Shown here piece by piece: positions 51,646 to 62,169 of a stretch of DNA of 64,000 nt. Numbering within the stretch: position 1 is the stretch's first letter; every line of letters starts with the position of its first letter. The position numbers were made by a program, and so were the translations under genes. Under the pieces are notes generated by a model that did not search any database, had not been told where the DNA came from, and saw nothing but the letters and a program-made list of their open reading frames with translations. This DNA comes from Spirochaetia bacterium. GTDB taxonomy: Bacteria > Spirochaetota > Spirochaetia > SZUA-6 > Bin103. The stretch spans positions 1,120,001 to 1,184,000 of the forward strand of contig CBDATQ010000001.1 of assembly GCA_965199955.1 (NCBI GenBank), given 5' to 3'.

Positions 51646-52764
51646 ATGAAGATCACCGCCGTCGACCCCTTCGTCGTCGAGCTGCCGCATCCGCGGCCTT
51701 ACCGCAAGGCGTGGTCGCCGCCGCGGGCGCTGGAGCGGTCCCGGACGATGACGCTGGTCCGGGTCCGAACGGCGGAGGGGGCGGTCGGTTACGGGGCCAT
51801 GGGCGGCGACGCCCGCGATGCGGTGGCGGTGGTGACGCCGGCCCTGCTCGGCGCCGACAGCGCCTGGCTGCAGGCGCATGCGCCAGCAATCGAGGCGGCC
51901 GCCGCGTGGGCGGTGGACATGGCCCTGTGCGACCTGCTCGGCAAGGAAGCCGGCCAGCCGCTGGCGCGCCTGTGGGGGATCTGCCGGGACCGGATCCGGG
52001 CCTACGTCTCGCCGGTGGTCGGCAAGCCGGACGCCGAACTGGCCGACGACGCCGCGCGCTACCGAGAAGAGGGCTTCACGGCGATCAAGCTGCGCACGTC
52101 ACGGCCGAACATAGTCGAGGATATCGCCATGGTGCGGGCGGTTCGGGAGCGGGTCGGCGAGTCGATGGACATCCTGGTCGACGCCAACTTGGCGGGCGGG
52201 GTGGGACCGGGCTCGCCGCGGCCGGCCTGGGAATACCGCCGGGCGCGGGAGACAGCGCGCGAGCTGCACCAGCTCGGCGTGGGTTGGCTGGAGGAGCCGT
52301 TGCCGCGCGGCGACGTCGCGGCCATCGCCCGCCTGACCGGCGAGGCGGAGCTGGCGATCGCCGGCGGGGAAGGCGACCGTGGAACGGCCGCCTTCGCCCG
52401 GCTGCTCGATGCCGGCGCCTACGACGTACTGCAGCCCGACTCCGCGGCCAGCGCGCCGCTGTCGCAGATGCGCAAGATCGCCGCGGCCGCGGAGCTCGCC
52501 GGCCGCCGCTTCGTCCCGCACCACGGCGCGTGCGGCCTCGGCCTGGCCGCGCACCTGCAACTCTGTGCGACGCTGACCAACAGCCCGTATGTGGAGTACA
52601 TGATCGATCCGCCGTACCGCACCGTGGAGAGCTACCAGCAGCTCCACGGCATCATCCCGGAGCCGATCGGCATCGACGCGGACGGCATGGTCCGAGTGCC
52701 CTCGGGCCCCGGCCTGGGAGTCGAGATCGACGAGTCCAGGATCGAGCGCTACCGCGTCGCCTGA
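51646..52764 (+). CDS. Mandelate racemase/muconate lactonizing enzyme family
   Basis: DMAL.DL.GK, KLR, DAN, WLEEP, GE, QPD, PGLG. Confidence 0.92.
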   Translation: MKITAVDPFVVELPHPRPYRKAWSPPRALERSRTMTLVRVRTAEGAVGYGAMGGDARDAVAVVTPALLGADSAWLQAHAPAIEAAAAWAVDMALCDLLGKEAGQPLARLWGICRDRIRAYVSPVVGKPDAELADDAARYREEGFTAIKLRTSRPNIVEDIAMVRAVRERVGESMDILVDANLAGGVGPGSPRPAWEYRRARETARELHQLGVGWLEEPLPRGDVAAIARLTGEAELAIAGGEGDRGTAAFARLLDAGAYDVLQPDSAASAPLSQMRKIAAAAELAGRRFVPHHGACGLGLAAHLQLCATLTNSPYVEYMIDPPYRTVESYQQLHGIIPEPIGIDADGMVRVPSGPGLGVEIDESRIERYRVA

Positions 52765-52884
52765 GCGCGTTCGCCCCACAGCCGGAACGTGAAGCGGCCT
52801 CGATCGTAATGGTCGGGGAGCGACATGCCGTAGGCGCCGCGTGCACCCCTTCGGCCGCGCCGGCGTCGCCATCAATCAGGTAGG

Positions 52885-53112
52885 TCAGGCAGTTCGTCTC
52901 TCAAGCCGCGAGACCCAGCAATCGAAGTGCGGACACTCGGCGCGCATGGTTTCCAAGCCGATCTCCCGTGCGGCGAGCGCTCCCAAGCGCGGCTTCGTTG
53001 CCTGAGCGAAACGATTGGCGAGGTTGATCAGAGGACTGACATATTTCTCGTATGCTGGACGACTTCCCATGAGTCGTCCTCGTAAGTCGTGTGGCGTGAG
53101 CCTTACCTTCAT
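52885..53112 (-). pseudogene. Chimeric remnant: MjaI-like restriction endonuclease N-terminus fused to DUF4276-like C-terminus
   Basis: KYVSPLINLANRFAQATKPR then abruptly IGLETMRAECPHFDCWVSRLE; ATGA-coupled to the methyltransferase. Confidence 0.65.
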
Positions 53113-54218
53113 GAAGTGCTCGCGAGCGGTAGCTCGATCTGAGCGGAACGAGTTGGCAGCGGTGCGGGTTCATGCTGGGCGGAGAACATTCCCGCCGACT
53201 CCGCCTCCGCCGCGCGGGGTACAGCGAACTGAAGGTCGGTCTCCTGGCTGGTTACGACGGCGAACCCGTAGTGACGGTTGACGTGCTTGCAGGGTCGTCC
53301 CGCCTCTTCCCGGGAGTGCACGAAGTCGAGATGGGCAGCCAGCCGTCGCTGCGCGTACTCGCGGCCCAGCGGAACGGCGGTCTCGATGGCGTTGCGTATG
53401 GGGCGTTCGAGCATGTCTTCGATCTCGAAACCCATGCTGGAGCGTCCGCTGGCGATGGCGGCGGCGGTGGTCATTCCCGTGCCGAGAAACGGGTCGAGCA
53501 CGGTGTCGCCGATCAGCGAGTGCATCTGGATGAGCCGATACGCCAGCTCGAACGGAAACGCGGCTCTCCGCGCGCGCGCTTCCCGGTCATCGACCTCCCA
53601 ATTGCCGAGTAGCTGCCTGGCTCCGACCAGATCGACCCACACGTCGGAGAACCAAACGTTGCGTTCCTCCCAGAAGAAGGCGCTGCGACGACGCCGTGCC
53701 TTGTCGGCGGCCGAGAACCGCCGAAGGCCGCCCTTGCGCACGATCAGGATGTATTCGTGCTCGTAGGTGACGTAGGCGCCCGCGGGCAGCATGCCGGAGC
53801 CCAGGAACTTGTTCGGCGCATTGGTCGGCTTGCGCCACAGGATGTCGGGCAGGATGGAGAAGCCCAGGCTGGCCATCTTCTGCAGGATGCGGCTGTGGTT
53901 GGAGAACAGGCGGAACTCGCCGCCGATCTTTCGGGTGGCGTCGCCGATGTTGATGCACGCCAGCCCTCCCGGACGGAGTATCCGGTGACACTCGCCCCAG
54001 ACCTCATCGAGCGCGGCGTGCATGAGCCGGAACGCGCGGCCTCCGTCCTCGTTGCTCAGCGCAGCGCCGATTACCGCGTCAACGGAAACGAATTGCTCGT
54101 CCCACATCTCGATCATCGGATACGGAGGCGAGGTCACGACCAAGTCGATCGTTTCGTCACCGACCGCGGACATGGACCGCGAGTCGGCGAAGTGGATCTC
54201 GTGCCAGGTTGCCTCCAT
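53109..54218 (-). CDS. DNA methyltransferase, beta class, probably N4-cytosine
   Basis: TSPPY precedes VLDPFLGTG; AAFP.EL..RLI. Confidence 0.92.
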   Translation of the reverse strand: MEATWHEIHFADSRSMSAVGDETIDLVVTSPPYPMIEMWDEQFVSVDAVIGAALSNEDGGRAFRLMHAALDEVWGECHRILRPGGLACINIGDATRKIGGEFRLFSNHSRILQKMASLGFSILPDILWRKPTNAPNKFLGSGMLPAGAYVTYEHEYILIVRKGGLRRFSAADKARRRRSAFFWEERNVWFSDVWVDLVGARQLLGNWEVDDREARARRAAFPFELAYRLIQMHSLIGDTVLDPFLGTGMTTAAAIASGRSSMGFEIEDMLERPIRNAIETAVPLGREYAQRRLAAHLDFVHSREEAGRPCKHVNRHYGFAVVTSQETDLQFAVPRAAEAESAGMFSAQHEPAPLPTRSAQIELPLASTS

Positions 54219-54232
54219 GGCCTGCGAGAGGG

Positions 54233-55141
54233 TTACTTCCAGCCGCGTTCGCGGCAAAAGGCGTCCAGCCGCTCGAGGTGCGCGTCGTCCAGGTTGACCA
54301 TGGGCGGCCGGCGCCAGCGGGGCACGACGCCGAACACCTCCAGCACGGCGTGGAAACCTCCGTCGAAACCGCCCGGCAGTCCCATCAGGTAATCGAACAG
54401 TGGCCAGTCGTCCTGCTCGACGACACGGGCCGCCGCGGCCCAGTCACCGGCACAGACCGCGTTCCAGTAGCGGCGGCTCACCTCCGGCTGGAAGCTCACG
54501 AAACTGGACATGTAGCCGACGGCGCCGTAATGGACGAGATCGAGGTGCTGCTGCTTCTGGCCGCCGGCGAACACCGCCCAGCGCTCCCCGGCCATGGCGG
54601 TTATCTTGCGGGCCACCTCGCCCCCCATGTCGTCCTTGAGCGCCATGACGCCCTCGACCTGGTCCAGGAGCGCGGCGACGACCGACAGCGCGACGTCCGG
54701 CATGCCGCCCCAGACGTTGGTCACCAGCATGACCGGGATCTCAGCCGCGACCGCGCGGTAGTGCTCGACGAACTCCGCCTTGCCCGGCGGGCTCCACACC
54801 GGCGGCTTGACCATCAGCACGTCGATGCCGATCTCCCGGCAGTAGCGGGCGAACTCCACGGTCTTGCCCGTCCACCAGTCACTGTCGGCGGCGACGGTCA
54901 GGGCGCGGCCGCGGGCATGGTCGGCCACGGTCGCCGTGACCTCCGCGATCTCGTCGTCGGTCAGCACCGAGAACAGGCTGTCCCCCCAGGTGAGCAGCGC
55001 GGTCCTGCTCCCGCCGGCCAGATTGGCGTCAATCAGGGTGCGCAGGGCGTCGTGATCGACGGCGCCGTCACGGGTGAACGGGGTGGCAAGCGATGAAATC
55101 GGCCCGGTCAGGCCGGCGCGTACTTCGTCACGATCGATCAT
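54233..55141 (-). CDS. Dihydrodipicolinate synthase/aldolase family protein
   Basis: TPF...G.VD, L..LT.DE, KPP, Schiff-base region ALKDD. Confidence 0.8.
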   Translation of the reverse strand: MIDRDEVRAGLTGPISSLATPFTRDGAVDHDALRTLIDANLAGGSRTALLTWGDSLFSVLTDDEIAEVTATVADHARGRALTVAADSDWWTGKTVEFARYCREIGIDVLMVKPPVWSPPGKAEFVEHYRAVAAEIPVMLVTNVWGGMPDVALSVVAALLDQVEGVMALKDDMGGEVARKITAMAGERWAVFAGGQKQQHLDLVHYGAVGYMSSFVSFQPEVSRRYWNAVCAGDWAAAARVVEQDDWPLFDYLMGLPGGFDGGFHAVLEVFGVVPRWRRPPMVNLDDAHLERLDAFCRERGWK

Positions 55142-55162
55142 CGGGTTCTCCCAGGAACTCTG

Positions 55163-55915
55163 TCATCGGGCATGGGCGAGCGGCTTGCCCATGCCGGGCG
55201 CGTGGGGCGGCTCCAGGATGCGGCGCTGCCGTTCGGTGACCGGCAGGTCCTCGGGGACGGGGTAGCTGGACGCCCACGATGCGCCGTGGTGGTGGTACTT
55301 GTAGAACAGCGTGCGCCGCTCGCCGGCTCCGGACCAGGGCAGCGCGCCGTGGGTCAGCGCCTCCGTGAACAGCACCGCCGTGCCGGCCGGCCCGGTCACG
55401 GCCTGGACGAACGGCGGCCGGCGGGCCAGGTCCTTCCAATCGTCCGGGAACGGGTAGTTGCTCTTGTGACTGCCCGGCACGCAGCCAAAGCCGCCATCTT
55501 CCGGTCCGACGTCGGCCAGGTTGTAGGCGGCGACGAACAGCCCGCTGTACATGCGGCCGTTGCGGAAGTCGTAGGACATGATCGGATTGTAGGGCGTGCC
55601 GCCGCCGTGCAGCGTCGCGCCGATCGGGCTGAGCCCGCTGCGGATCACGTCCAGATAGATGTGGTCCAGGCGGAACCCCTCTCCCAGGATCTCGCGCAAG
55701 CAGGGCTCGACCCTGGGGTTGTCGATGACGTCCAGGAACGGCTGCCCCCAGCGCAGCATGTCACCGAAGCGATGCGTCGGATCGTTCGCGGTCATCTCGG
55801 CCGCGACACGTTCATCCAGGAGCGCGTTCATCGACTGGATCTGATCGGCATCGAGCGCGTCCGGGATCGTCAGGTAGCCCTGCAGATCGAACAGGTATCG
55901 GTCGTGGTCCGTCAT
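55163..55915 (-). CDS. Phytanoyl-CoA dioxygenase family protein
   Basis: YLFDLQGYL, LHGG, VPGSHK, FTEALTHG, RRT. Confidence 0.88.
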   Translation of the reverse strand: MTDHDRYLFDLQGYLTIPDALDADQIQSMNALLDERVAAEMTANDPTHRFGDMLRWGQPFLDVIDNPRVEPCLREILGEGFRLDHIYLDVIRSGLSPIGATLHGGGTPYNPIMSYDFRNGRMYSGLFVAAYNLADVGPEDGGFGCVPGSHKSNYPFPDDWKDLARRPPFVQAVTGPAGTAVLFTEALTHGALPWSGAGERRTLFYKYHHHGASWASSYPVPEDLPVTERQRRILEPPHAPGMGKPLAHAR

Positions 55916-55948
55916 GTCGCTTCACCCACGGTCCCGTGTGTCGCCAGC

Positions 55949-56700
55949 CTACCAGCGCCACTGCATCTCCAGCCACCGGGCGACAGCATCGTCAGCGTTG
56001 GAGCCGATGACGGCGGTGGCGTGCACGAGGAGCTCAGGAGCGGCGCCGGCGACCGCGTACGCTTCGTCGGCCATGCGGAACATGCCGATGTCGTTGACGT
56101 GATCCCCAAATACGACCAGGCGGCAATCCCCGAAGTTCCGCAGGTGCTTGACGCCGACGATGCCCCCGATCCTTGGTGGCGCGGGCGTCGTGCACGGCCA
56201 GCACGTACCAGTGGGGGGCGAACTCCTTGTGACAGTGGATGTCGATCGAGCCGCCGTGGCGCCGTCGCGTCTCGCGCTCAACGTGCCGAACCCGAGGCAG
56301 GGTATCGATGGTGGTGAGGCAGACCACCTCATCCTCGAGCCCGCGGGTCAAGTGGTCGATGGATGTCAGCCGCGGATCGGCCACCCGTTGCCGGTCGTGA
56401 AGAAACCGTCTCATGCCGTCGTTGCGCAGGATGGCGTCGTTGTAGTAGAGGCGATCGACCGCGTCGTCGAAAGTCATCAGGAACGGACGGCATCCGGCGT
56501 CGTCCAGCAGCGACCACAGGTCGCGTGCGACAGCGGGAGGCAGCGCCTGGATCGCCAGATGACGGCCTGAGGCGAGGTCGGAAACGAACGCTCCGTTTTG
56601 GTTGATGACCGGAAGCGAGAGCCGTAGCCCCTCGAGCGTGTTCCGGATGGGACCGCACCCGCGGGCGCTCGCCACCGTGAAGGGCATGCCCTCGCCGCGA
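55949..56700 (-). pseudogene. Cof-type HAD hydrolase remnant
   Basis: Starts at FTVASAR with no DxDGT motif I; NGA; ATK; frameshift about 56165 before VFGDHVNDIGMF. Confidence 0.8.
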
Positions 56701-57970
56701 GCGGTTCATGCGGCGCTGCGACTGCACCAGGCCGTGGTAGATGCCGCCGGCGGCCATCAGCTCGGCGTGGGTGCCGACCTCGGCGAGCCGGCCCTTGTCC
56801 AGCACCACCAGGCGGTCGGCGTTGCGCAAGGTGGCTAGCCGGTGGGCGATCGCGAAGGTGGTGCGCCCGCGCATCAGGGCGAACAGGCCCTCCTGGATCA
56901 TCTCTTCGGTCTCGCTGTCGACGGCCCGCGGTCGCCTCGTCCAGGATCAGGATGCGGGGGTCGTGCAGGATGGCGCGCGCGATCGCGACCCGCTGGCGCT
57001 CGCCGCCGGAGAGCCGCTGCCCGCGCTCGCCCACCACGGTGTCGTAGCCGTCGGCGAAGGCGCAGATGAAGTCGTGGGCGCCGGCGACCTTGGCGGCGTC
57101 GACGATCTGCCGCCAGGTCGCGTCCGGCTTGGCGTAGACGATGTTCTCCACGATGGTGCCGGCGAACAGGAAGGTCTCCTGCAGGACCACGCCGATCTGG
57201 CGGTGCAGGTCGCGCTGCTCGATGTCGCGCAGGTCGACGGCGTCTATCAGGATCCGCCCCTCGTCCGGGTCGTACAGACGCATCAAGAGGTTGATGAGGG
57301 CGGTCTTGCCGGCGCCGGAGTGGCCGACGATGCCGATCATCTCGCCCGGATCCACCTGCAGGCAGATTTCCTCCAGCACCGGCTCGTGGCTCTGGTAGCC
57401 GAACACCACCCACTCGAACCGGACCGTTCCGTCGATCGACAGGCGCCTGGAGCTGGCCGAATCGGCGACCGCTGGCGGCTCGTCGATGATCTCGAACACG
57501 CGCTCGGCGGCGCTCATCGACTCGGCGAATTGCCGGGGGAGGCCGGCGATCATGGCCAGCGGGCCGTAGAGATCATCGCGTACTGGACGAACTGCACCAG
57601 CTCGCCCACCTTCATCTCCGCCCCCAGGACCAGGTAGCCGTCGGCCAGGAACTCCCCGAAGCGCATGACGAAGGTCCAGGTCGGTGTCAGGACGGCCCAG
57701 GTCCGCTCATTGCGCAGGGTGACGTCGCGCAGCTCGGCGGAGCGCTGCCGGAAGCGGCCGACCTCCGACCGCTCGCGGCGGAACAGCGTCCGCACGTGCT
57801 TCCATACGCTGTGCGTCAGCACGACCACCACAGGCATCGGGACCAGCACCAGCACCGCCAGGCGCCACTCGCGCAGGAAGAGGATCACGGCCACGCCGAT
57901 CAGCGTGAGCACCTGAGCGAGGCTGTCGGTGAGCCAGAAGTTGATGAAGGTCTGGATCCTTGCGGGTGTC
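56700..57970 (-). pseudogene. ABC exporter (TMD+NBD) remnant 2
   Basis: Partial TM helices, GHSGAGKT, LSGGERQR, LDEAT; frameshifts about 57550 and 56925. Confidence 0.85.
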
Positions 57971-57974
57971 CCTG

Positions 57975-58200
57975 CTGACACGGTTGAGACGTTGTTCTTG
58001 CCGCTCTGCACCGTGAAGCGGCGCCATCCGGCGCCGGTGTCCACGGTCCAGTAGGAGTAGCCGAATTCCTCCTTGAGTGACTCGACCCGTTCGATCAGCG
58101 GCGTGAAGTAGCGGCGGTCGAGCTCGTCCCGGAGGAGCGCCGCCTGCGCCGGCGCCAGGTCCTCGAGCGACTCGACGATGCCGATCTCGTGTCCTTCGCG
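57975..58200 (-). pseudogene. DUF1854-like protein internal fragment
   Basis: EGHEIGIVESLEDL...ELDRRYFTPLI..V..L.EEFG..YW.V.T..G.R.F, with no own start or stop. Confidence 0.7.
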
Positions 58201-58204
58201 CCAG

Positions 58205-59625
58205 GCGGTGCGCCATGCGCAGGGTGGACAGCCGGTGAGTGATGGCGGTCGTCGTGCGGCCCCGGATCAGCCGTTCCAGGGCGAGCTGGATCATCTCCTC
58301 GGTCTCGGAATCGACCGAGGAGGTGGCTTCGTCCAGGATCAGGATGCGCGGATCGATCAGCACGGCGCGGGCGATCGACAGCCGTTGCCGCTCCCCGCCC
58401 GACAGGCCGTGGCCGCGGGGCCCGCCCCGGGTGTCGTAGCCGTCCGGTATCCGGGCGATGAAGTCGTGGGCGAACGCGGCCTTGGCGGCGGCGACGATCT
58501 GGGCGTGGGTGGCGTCCGGACGGCCGTAGGCGAGGTTCCCGGAGACCGTGCCATCGAACAGGTAGGGATCCTGCAGGATGATGCCCACCTGGCGGCGCAG
58601 GTCGGCGATGCGCAGGTCGCGCACGTCGATGCCGTCGATCAGCACGCGGCCCGATTCGGTGTCGTACAGCCGGGTGATCAGGTTGATCAGCGCCGACTTG
58701 CCGGCGCCAGTGTGGCCGATCAGGCCGAGCACTTCGCCTGCGCCGACGGTCAGATCGATATCGTGCAGCACCGGCTTGTTGGGCTCGCGAAGGTGACGCC
58801 GCGCAATTCGACCGCGCCGTGCATGTGCGGCAGCGCCACCGGGTCGCTGCGCTCGGCGACTTCCGGCACCGCGTCGACCACCTCGAAGATGCGGTGCGCG
58901 GAGTTCATGGCCATCGACCAGAACTCGACCACCATCGTCATGAAGCGCATCGGCTCGTACAGCAGGGCCGAGTAGGTGGCGAACGTGATCAGTACCCCAA
59001 GCGTGAGGGATCCGCCGATCACCTGCCAACCGACTGCCGCCCAGACGATCAAGCCGCCGATCTGGGTCAGGAGGCGACGGGCGGGAACAGGCTGGCGAGT
59101 GCCCGTTGCGTGCGCAGCTCCGAGCCGCGCACCTCGTCGTTGGCCGGCGTGAACCGCTCGATCTCCTGCTGCTCCTGGCCGAACGCCTTGACCGCGCGCA
59201 CTCCGCTGAGCGAGTCGTCGACCACGCCCTTCTGGAGCGCCGCGACGGGGCCGGCGAAGGCGCCGAACTGTCGCGCGCGGCTGTTGCTGAAGCGCAGCAG
59301 CAGCCGTTCGGCCGTCTCCGCCGGGGGGACTTCCGCGTCCGCGCCGTTCGGGCCGCCGCCGTCCGGCGGACGGCTGACCGGGCCGGCGGTGAGCAGTCCT
59401 CCCGAGACCAGGCTCTCCACCTGCACGGGGCCGATGCGGTCGAGCGCCAGGCTGTCGATGCCACCGGCGGTGACGATGTGCAGGGAGTCGGGCGGCGACG
59501 GCCCAGTCCTCGCCGTAGCGGCCGTCCAGGCACAGGTCGGAACTGACCGCGTGGAGGATCTCCCGGCCGGCAACGCCGGCGGCGGACAGCCGCTCCGTGA
59601 TGGACTCGGGAAGCTCGGGTTTCAT
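58205..59625 (-). pseudogene. ABC exporter (N-terminal extension+TMD+NBD) remnant 1
   Basis: Fragments in three frames: MKPELPE.., SGVRAVKAFGQE, LYEPM, GHTGAGKS, LSGGERQR, LDEATSSVD, HRLSTL. Confidence 0.85.
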
Positions 59626-59652
59626 GGGGCGCAAACCCCCATCATACGATGT

Positions 59653-60675
59653 CTACGGTACCGAACGGACCGCGTCGACGAAGCTGTCAATGAACTCCCT
59701 GGTCGTGTCCCACGTGGTCATCAGGCGCGCGACGCCCTGATCCTTGTCGAACACGTAGTAGGGAAAGCGGCCGATGGTCGCTTCGATGACCTCCGGCCGC
59801 AGGCGCACGAAGACGCCGTTGGCCTCGACCGGGTGCAGGATCTCCACGCTGGTCTCCGCGCGCAGGCGCGCGGCCAGGTGCGCGGCCATGGCGTTGGCGT
59901 GCGCGGCGTTGCGGTGCCAGAGATCGCCTTCGAGCAGCGCGCTGAACTGCGCGGACACGAAGCGCATCTTGGACAGGAGCTGCAGACCCTGCATGCGCAC
60001 GTAGTCCAGGTGGGCCAGCGGCGTGAAGGCGACCACCGCCTCGCCCATCAGCAGCCCGTTCTTGGTGCCGCCGAAGGACAGCAGGTCGACGCCGAGGTCG
60101 CGGGTGCACTCGCGCAGCCCCATGCCCAGGCTGACGGCGGCGTTGGCGATGCGGGCGCCGTCGACGTGCAGCAGCAGCCCGTGCGCGTGGGCCAGGGCGG
60201 CGACCTCCTCGATCTCGGCCGGCGTGTACACGGTGACCACCTCCGTGGCCTGCGTGATGGAGATCAGGCGCGGCCGGCTGGCGTGCACGTCGGGCTCGGC
60301 GGTCACCAGGCGCCGCACCGCGTCCAGGTCGATCTTGCCGTGCACGTGCGGGACCTCCAGCACCTTGCAGCCGACCAAGCGCTCGATCGCCCCGCACTCC
60401 GCCCACGCCAGGTGCGCGACCGAGGTGGCGATCACCGCCTCGTAGGGCTGGCAGCAGCCCGCCGCCGTCACCACGTTGGCGGCGCTGCCGGTGACCACCG
60501 ACAGGACCTGCACGCCGTCGCCGAAGTGGCGGGCGAACGCCGCTTCGGCGCGGCGCGTGTGTTCGTCCTCTCCGTATCCCAGGGCGTGCCCGTGGTTGGC
60601 CGCCCCGATCGCGGCCAGTACCTCGGGATGGGCTCCGGAGCTGTTGTCGCTGTAGAAGGAAAGAGAGCCGCTCAC
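59653..60675 (-). CDS. Low-specificity L-threonine aldolase family
   Basis: SDN, YGED, TGSAAN, TQATE, HVDGAR, GGTKNG. Confidence 0.9.
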   Translation of the reverse strand: MSGSLSFYSDNSSGAHPEVLAAIGAANHGHALGYGEDEHTRRAEAAFARHFGDGVQVLSVVTGSAANVVTAAGCCQPYEAVIATSVAHLAWAECGAIERLVGCKVLEVPHVHGKIDLDAVRRLVTAEPDVHASRPRLISITQATEVVTVYTPAEIEEVAALAHAHGLLLHVDGARIANAAVSLGMGLRECTRDLGVDLLSFGGTKNGLLMGEAVVAFTPLAHLDYVRMQGLQLLSKMRFVSAQFSALLEGDLWHRNAAHANAMAAHLAARLRAETSVEILHPVEANGVFVRLRPEVIEATIGRFPYYVFDKDQGVARLMTTWDTTREFIDSFVDAVRSVP

Positions 60676-61448
60676 GCCGGGAACACCTCCACCTCGCCGC
60701 GGTCGATCCTGCTGCCCATCAGCACCGTCATGAAGCCGCCCTCCGGGATCGAGTCGCCGTCCGCGTCCAGGCCGCCCTCCTCGACGATCAGCAGCAGCGG
60801 GTTAGGGATGTCGGCGCGGGTCTCGTACTCGGCCAGGATCACGGGGATGCGCTTGCCGTCGCGGTCGGCGTAGTCGCCGTACAGGGCACGGTCGTGGCCG
60901 ACGAATTCCGCCTCGACCTCACTGCCGTCGGCGTCCACAAGGGGAGGCGCGGCCGGATAGCGCGCGAACTCGAGCTCGGCCGGGACGAACCGGTTCGGGT
61001 CCGGGGGCTCGGCGAAGAGCCAAGCGCCTCCGGCGTCGATCACCGCCGCCCGCGACCCCGGCGCCAGCCCCTCGGCGATGAAGTAGGCGCGCAACTCCAG
61101 GGCGTCGCCGTGGATGACTACCAGCAGGAATTCGATGGTATCGGCGCTGGTGAGATCGAACAGCAGGTACTCGGCGATGACGGTGCCGGCCGTGGAACGC
61201 ACCTCGATGGCGCGCTTGTCAGCGATCTGGAAGTCGAGCCCGTCGGTTGCCAGGCCGCGCTGTGCCGCGTCCGCCATGGCCTGAAAGTCACGCAGGGTCA
61301 CCGCGCCGCCGCGCAACTGCCGCCAGAAGCGCGGATCGGCGGTCGAAGTCGCCCTCGCTTCCGGCTCGGCCCGGGATCTGCGTGCGAACAGCCCGCCCAG
61401 CAACCCGCGCCCCCGGTTGCCGGCGCCCGGCGCGGTACGCCCGCTCAT
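60672..61448 (-). CDS. Hypothetical acidic soluble protein
   Basis: Coupled to neighbours by overlap/short gap; coding-like codon use. Confidence 0.7.
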   Translation of the reverse strand: MSGRTAPGAGNRGRGLLGGLFARRSRAEPEARATSTADPRFWRQLRGGAVTLRDFQAMADAAQRGLATDGLDFQIADKRAIEVRSTAGTVIAEYLLFDLTSADTIEFLLVVIHGDALELRAYFIAEGLAPGSRAAVIDAGGAWLFAEPPDPNRFVPAELEFARYPAAPPLVDADGSEVEAEFVGHDRALYGDYADRDGKRIPVILAEYETRADIPNPLLLIVEEGGLDADGDSIPEGGFMTVLMGSRIDRGEVEVFPA

Positions 61449-61476
61449 GCTCGGCCGTTCCGCATTCGGCGTGCGT

Positions 61477-62169
61477 TCAGTAGCGGCGGCTGGCCGAACG
61501 CAGCAGCACCCACAGGACGCCGGCTATCAGCAGGATCAGGATCAGCCCGGTGAAGAAGCCGCCGCCTCCTCCGTAGTAGGTGCCGGGGGCGCCGCCGTAG
61601 TAGTAGCCGCCGCGGCTCATGAGGATGCTCATCATGGCGGCATCGGTCATCGCGTCGTACAGGATCCAGGTGCCCAGGGTCGGGTGCAGGTAGCCGTAGC
61701 CGCCGAGGCCGGCGTTGTAGGTGACGTTGACGTTGCGGCCGTCCACCCGCGTGCTCTGTGGGATGTGGCTGGGCCGGGTGGACGGCTGCGTGGCGTAGCG
61801 GGACGGGAACTGGCCGGCGTTGCGCTGCCGGAAGGCGGACTCGGCCTGTGAGCGATTCTGGAAGGTGGTGCCGGCGGCACGGGAACGCTCGTACTGGGAG
61901 CGGCTGACACCTGAGGTATTGGAGCGCGACGACACGCCGCGCGTGCCGGACAGGGTGCTGCGAGTCGTGGACGTGCGGCTGCTCGATCCGAATGCGGAGC
62001 GGGTTGAGCGGGACGAGAAGGACCGCGAGGAGCCGAGGCTGGAGAACGAACGACCGCCCGAGAAGCCGCCCATGCGGCGTGCGAAGGCATCGTCGGCCAC
62101 CAGCAGCAGGATGCTCGCGATCGCAATGGCGCAGGCGACCTTGCCGGCGGCCGGGCGAGGGCGTATCAC
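61477..62169 (-). CDS. Exported Ser/Arg/Gly-rich protein with C-terminal TM anchor
   Basis: Signal peptide ending AFA, low-complexity S/R tract, Y/G-rich segment, C-terminal hydrophobic helix. Confidence 0.75.
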   Translation of the reverse strand: MIRPRPAAGKVACAIAIASILLLVADDAFARRMGGFSGGRSFSSLGSSRSFSSRSTRSAFGSSSRTSTTRSTLSGTRGVSSRSNTSGVSRSQYERSRAAGTTFQNRSQAESAFRQRNAGQFPSRYATQPSTRPSHIPQSTRVDGRNVNVTYNAGLGGYGYLHPTLGTWILYDAMTDAAMMSILMSRGGYYYGGAPGTYYGGGGGFFTGLILILLIAGVLWVLLRSASRRY

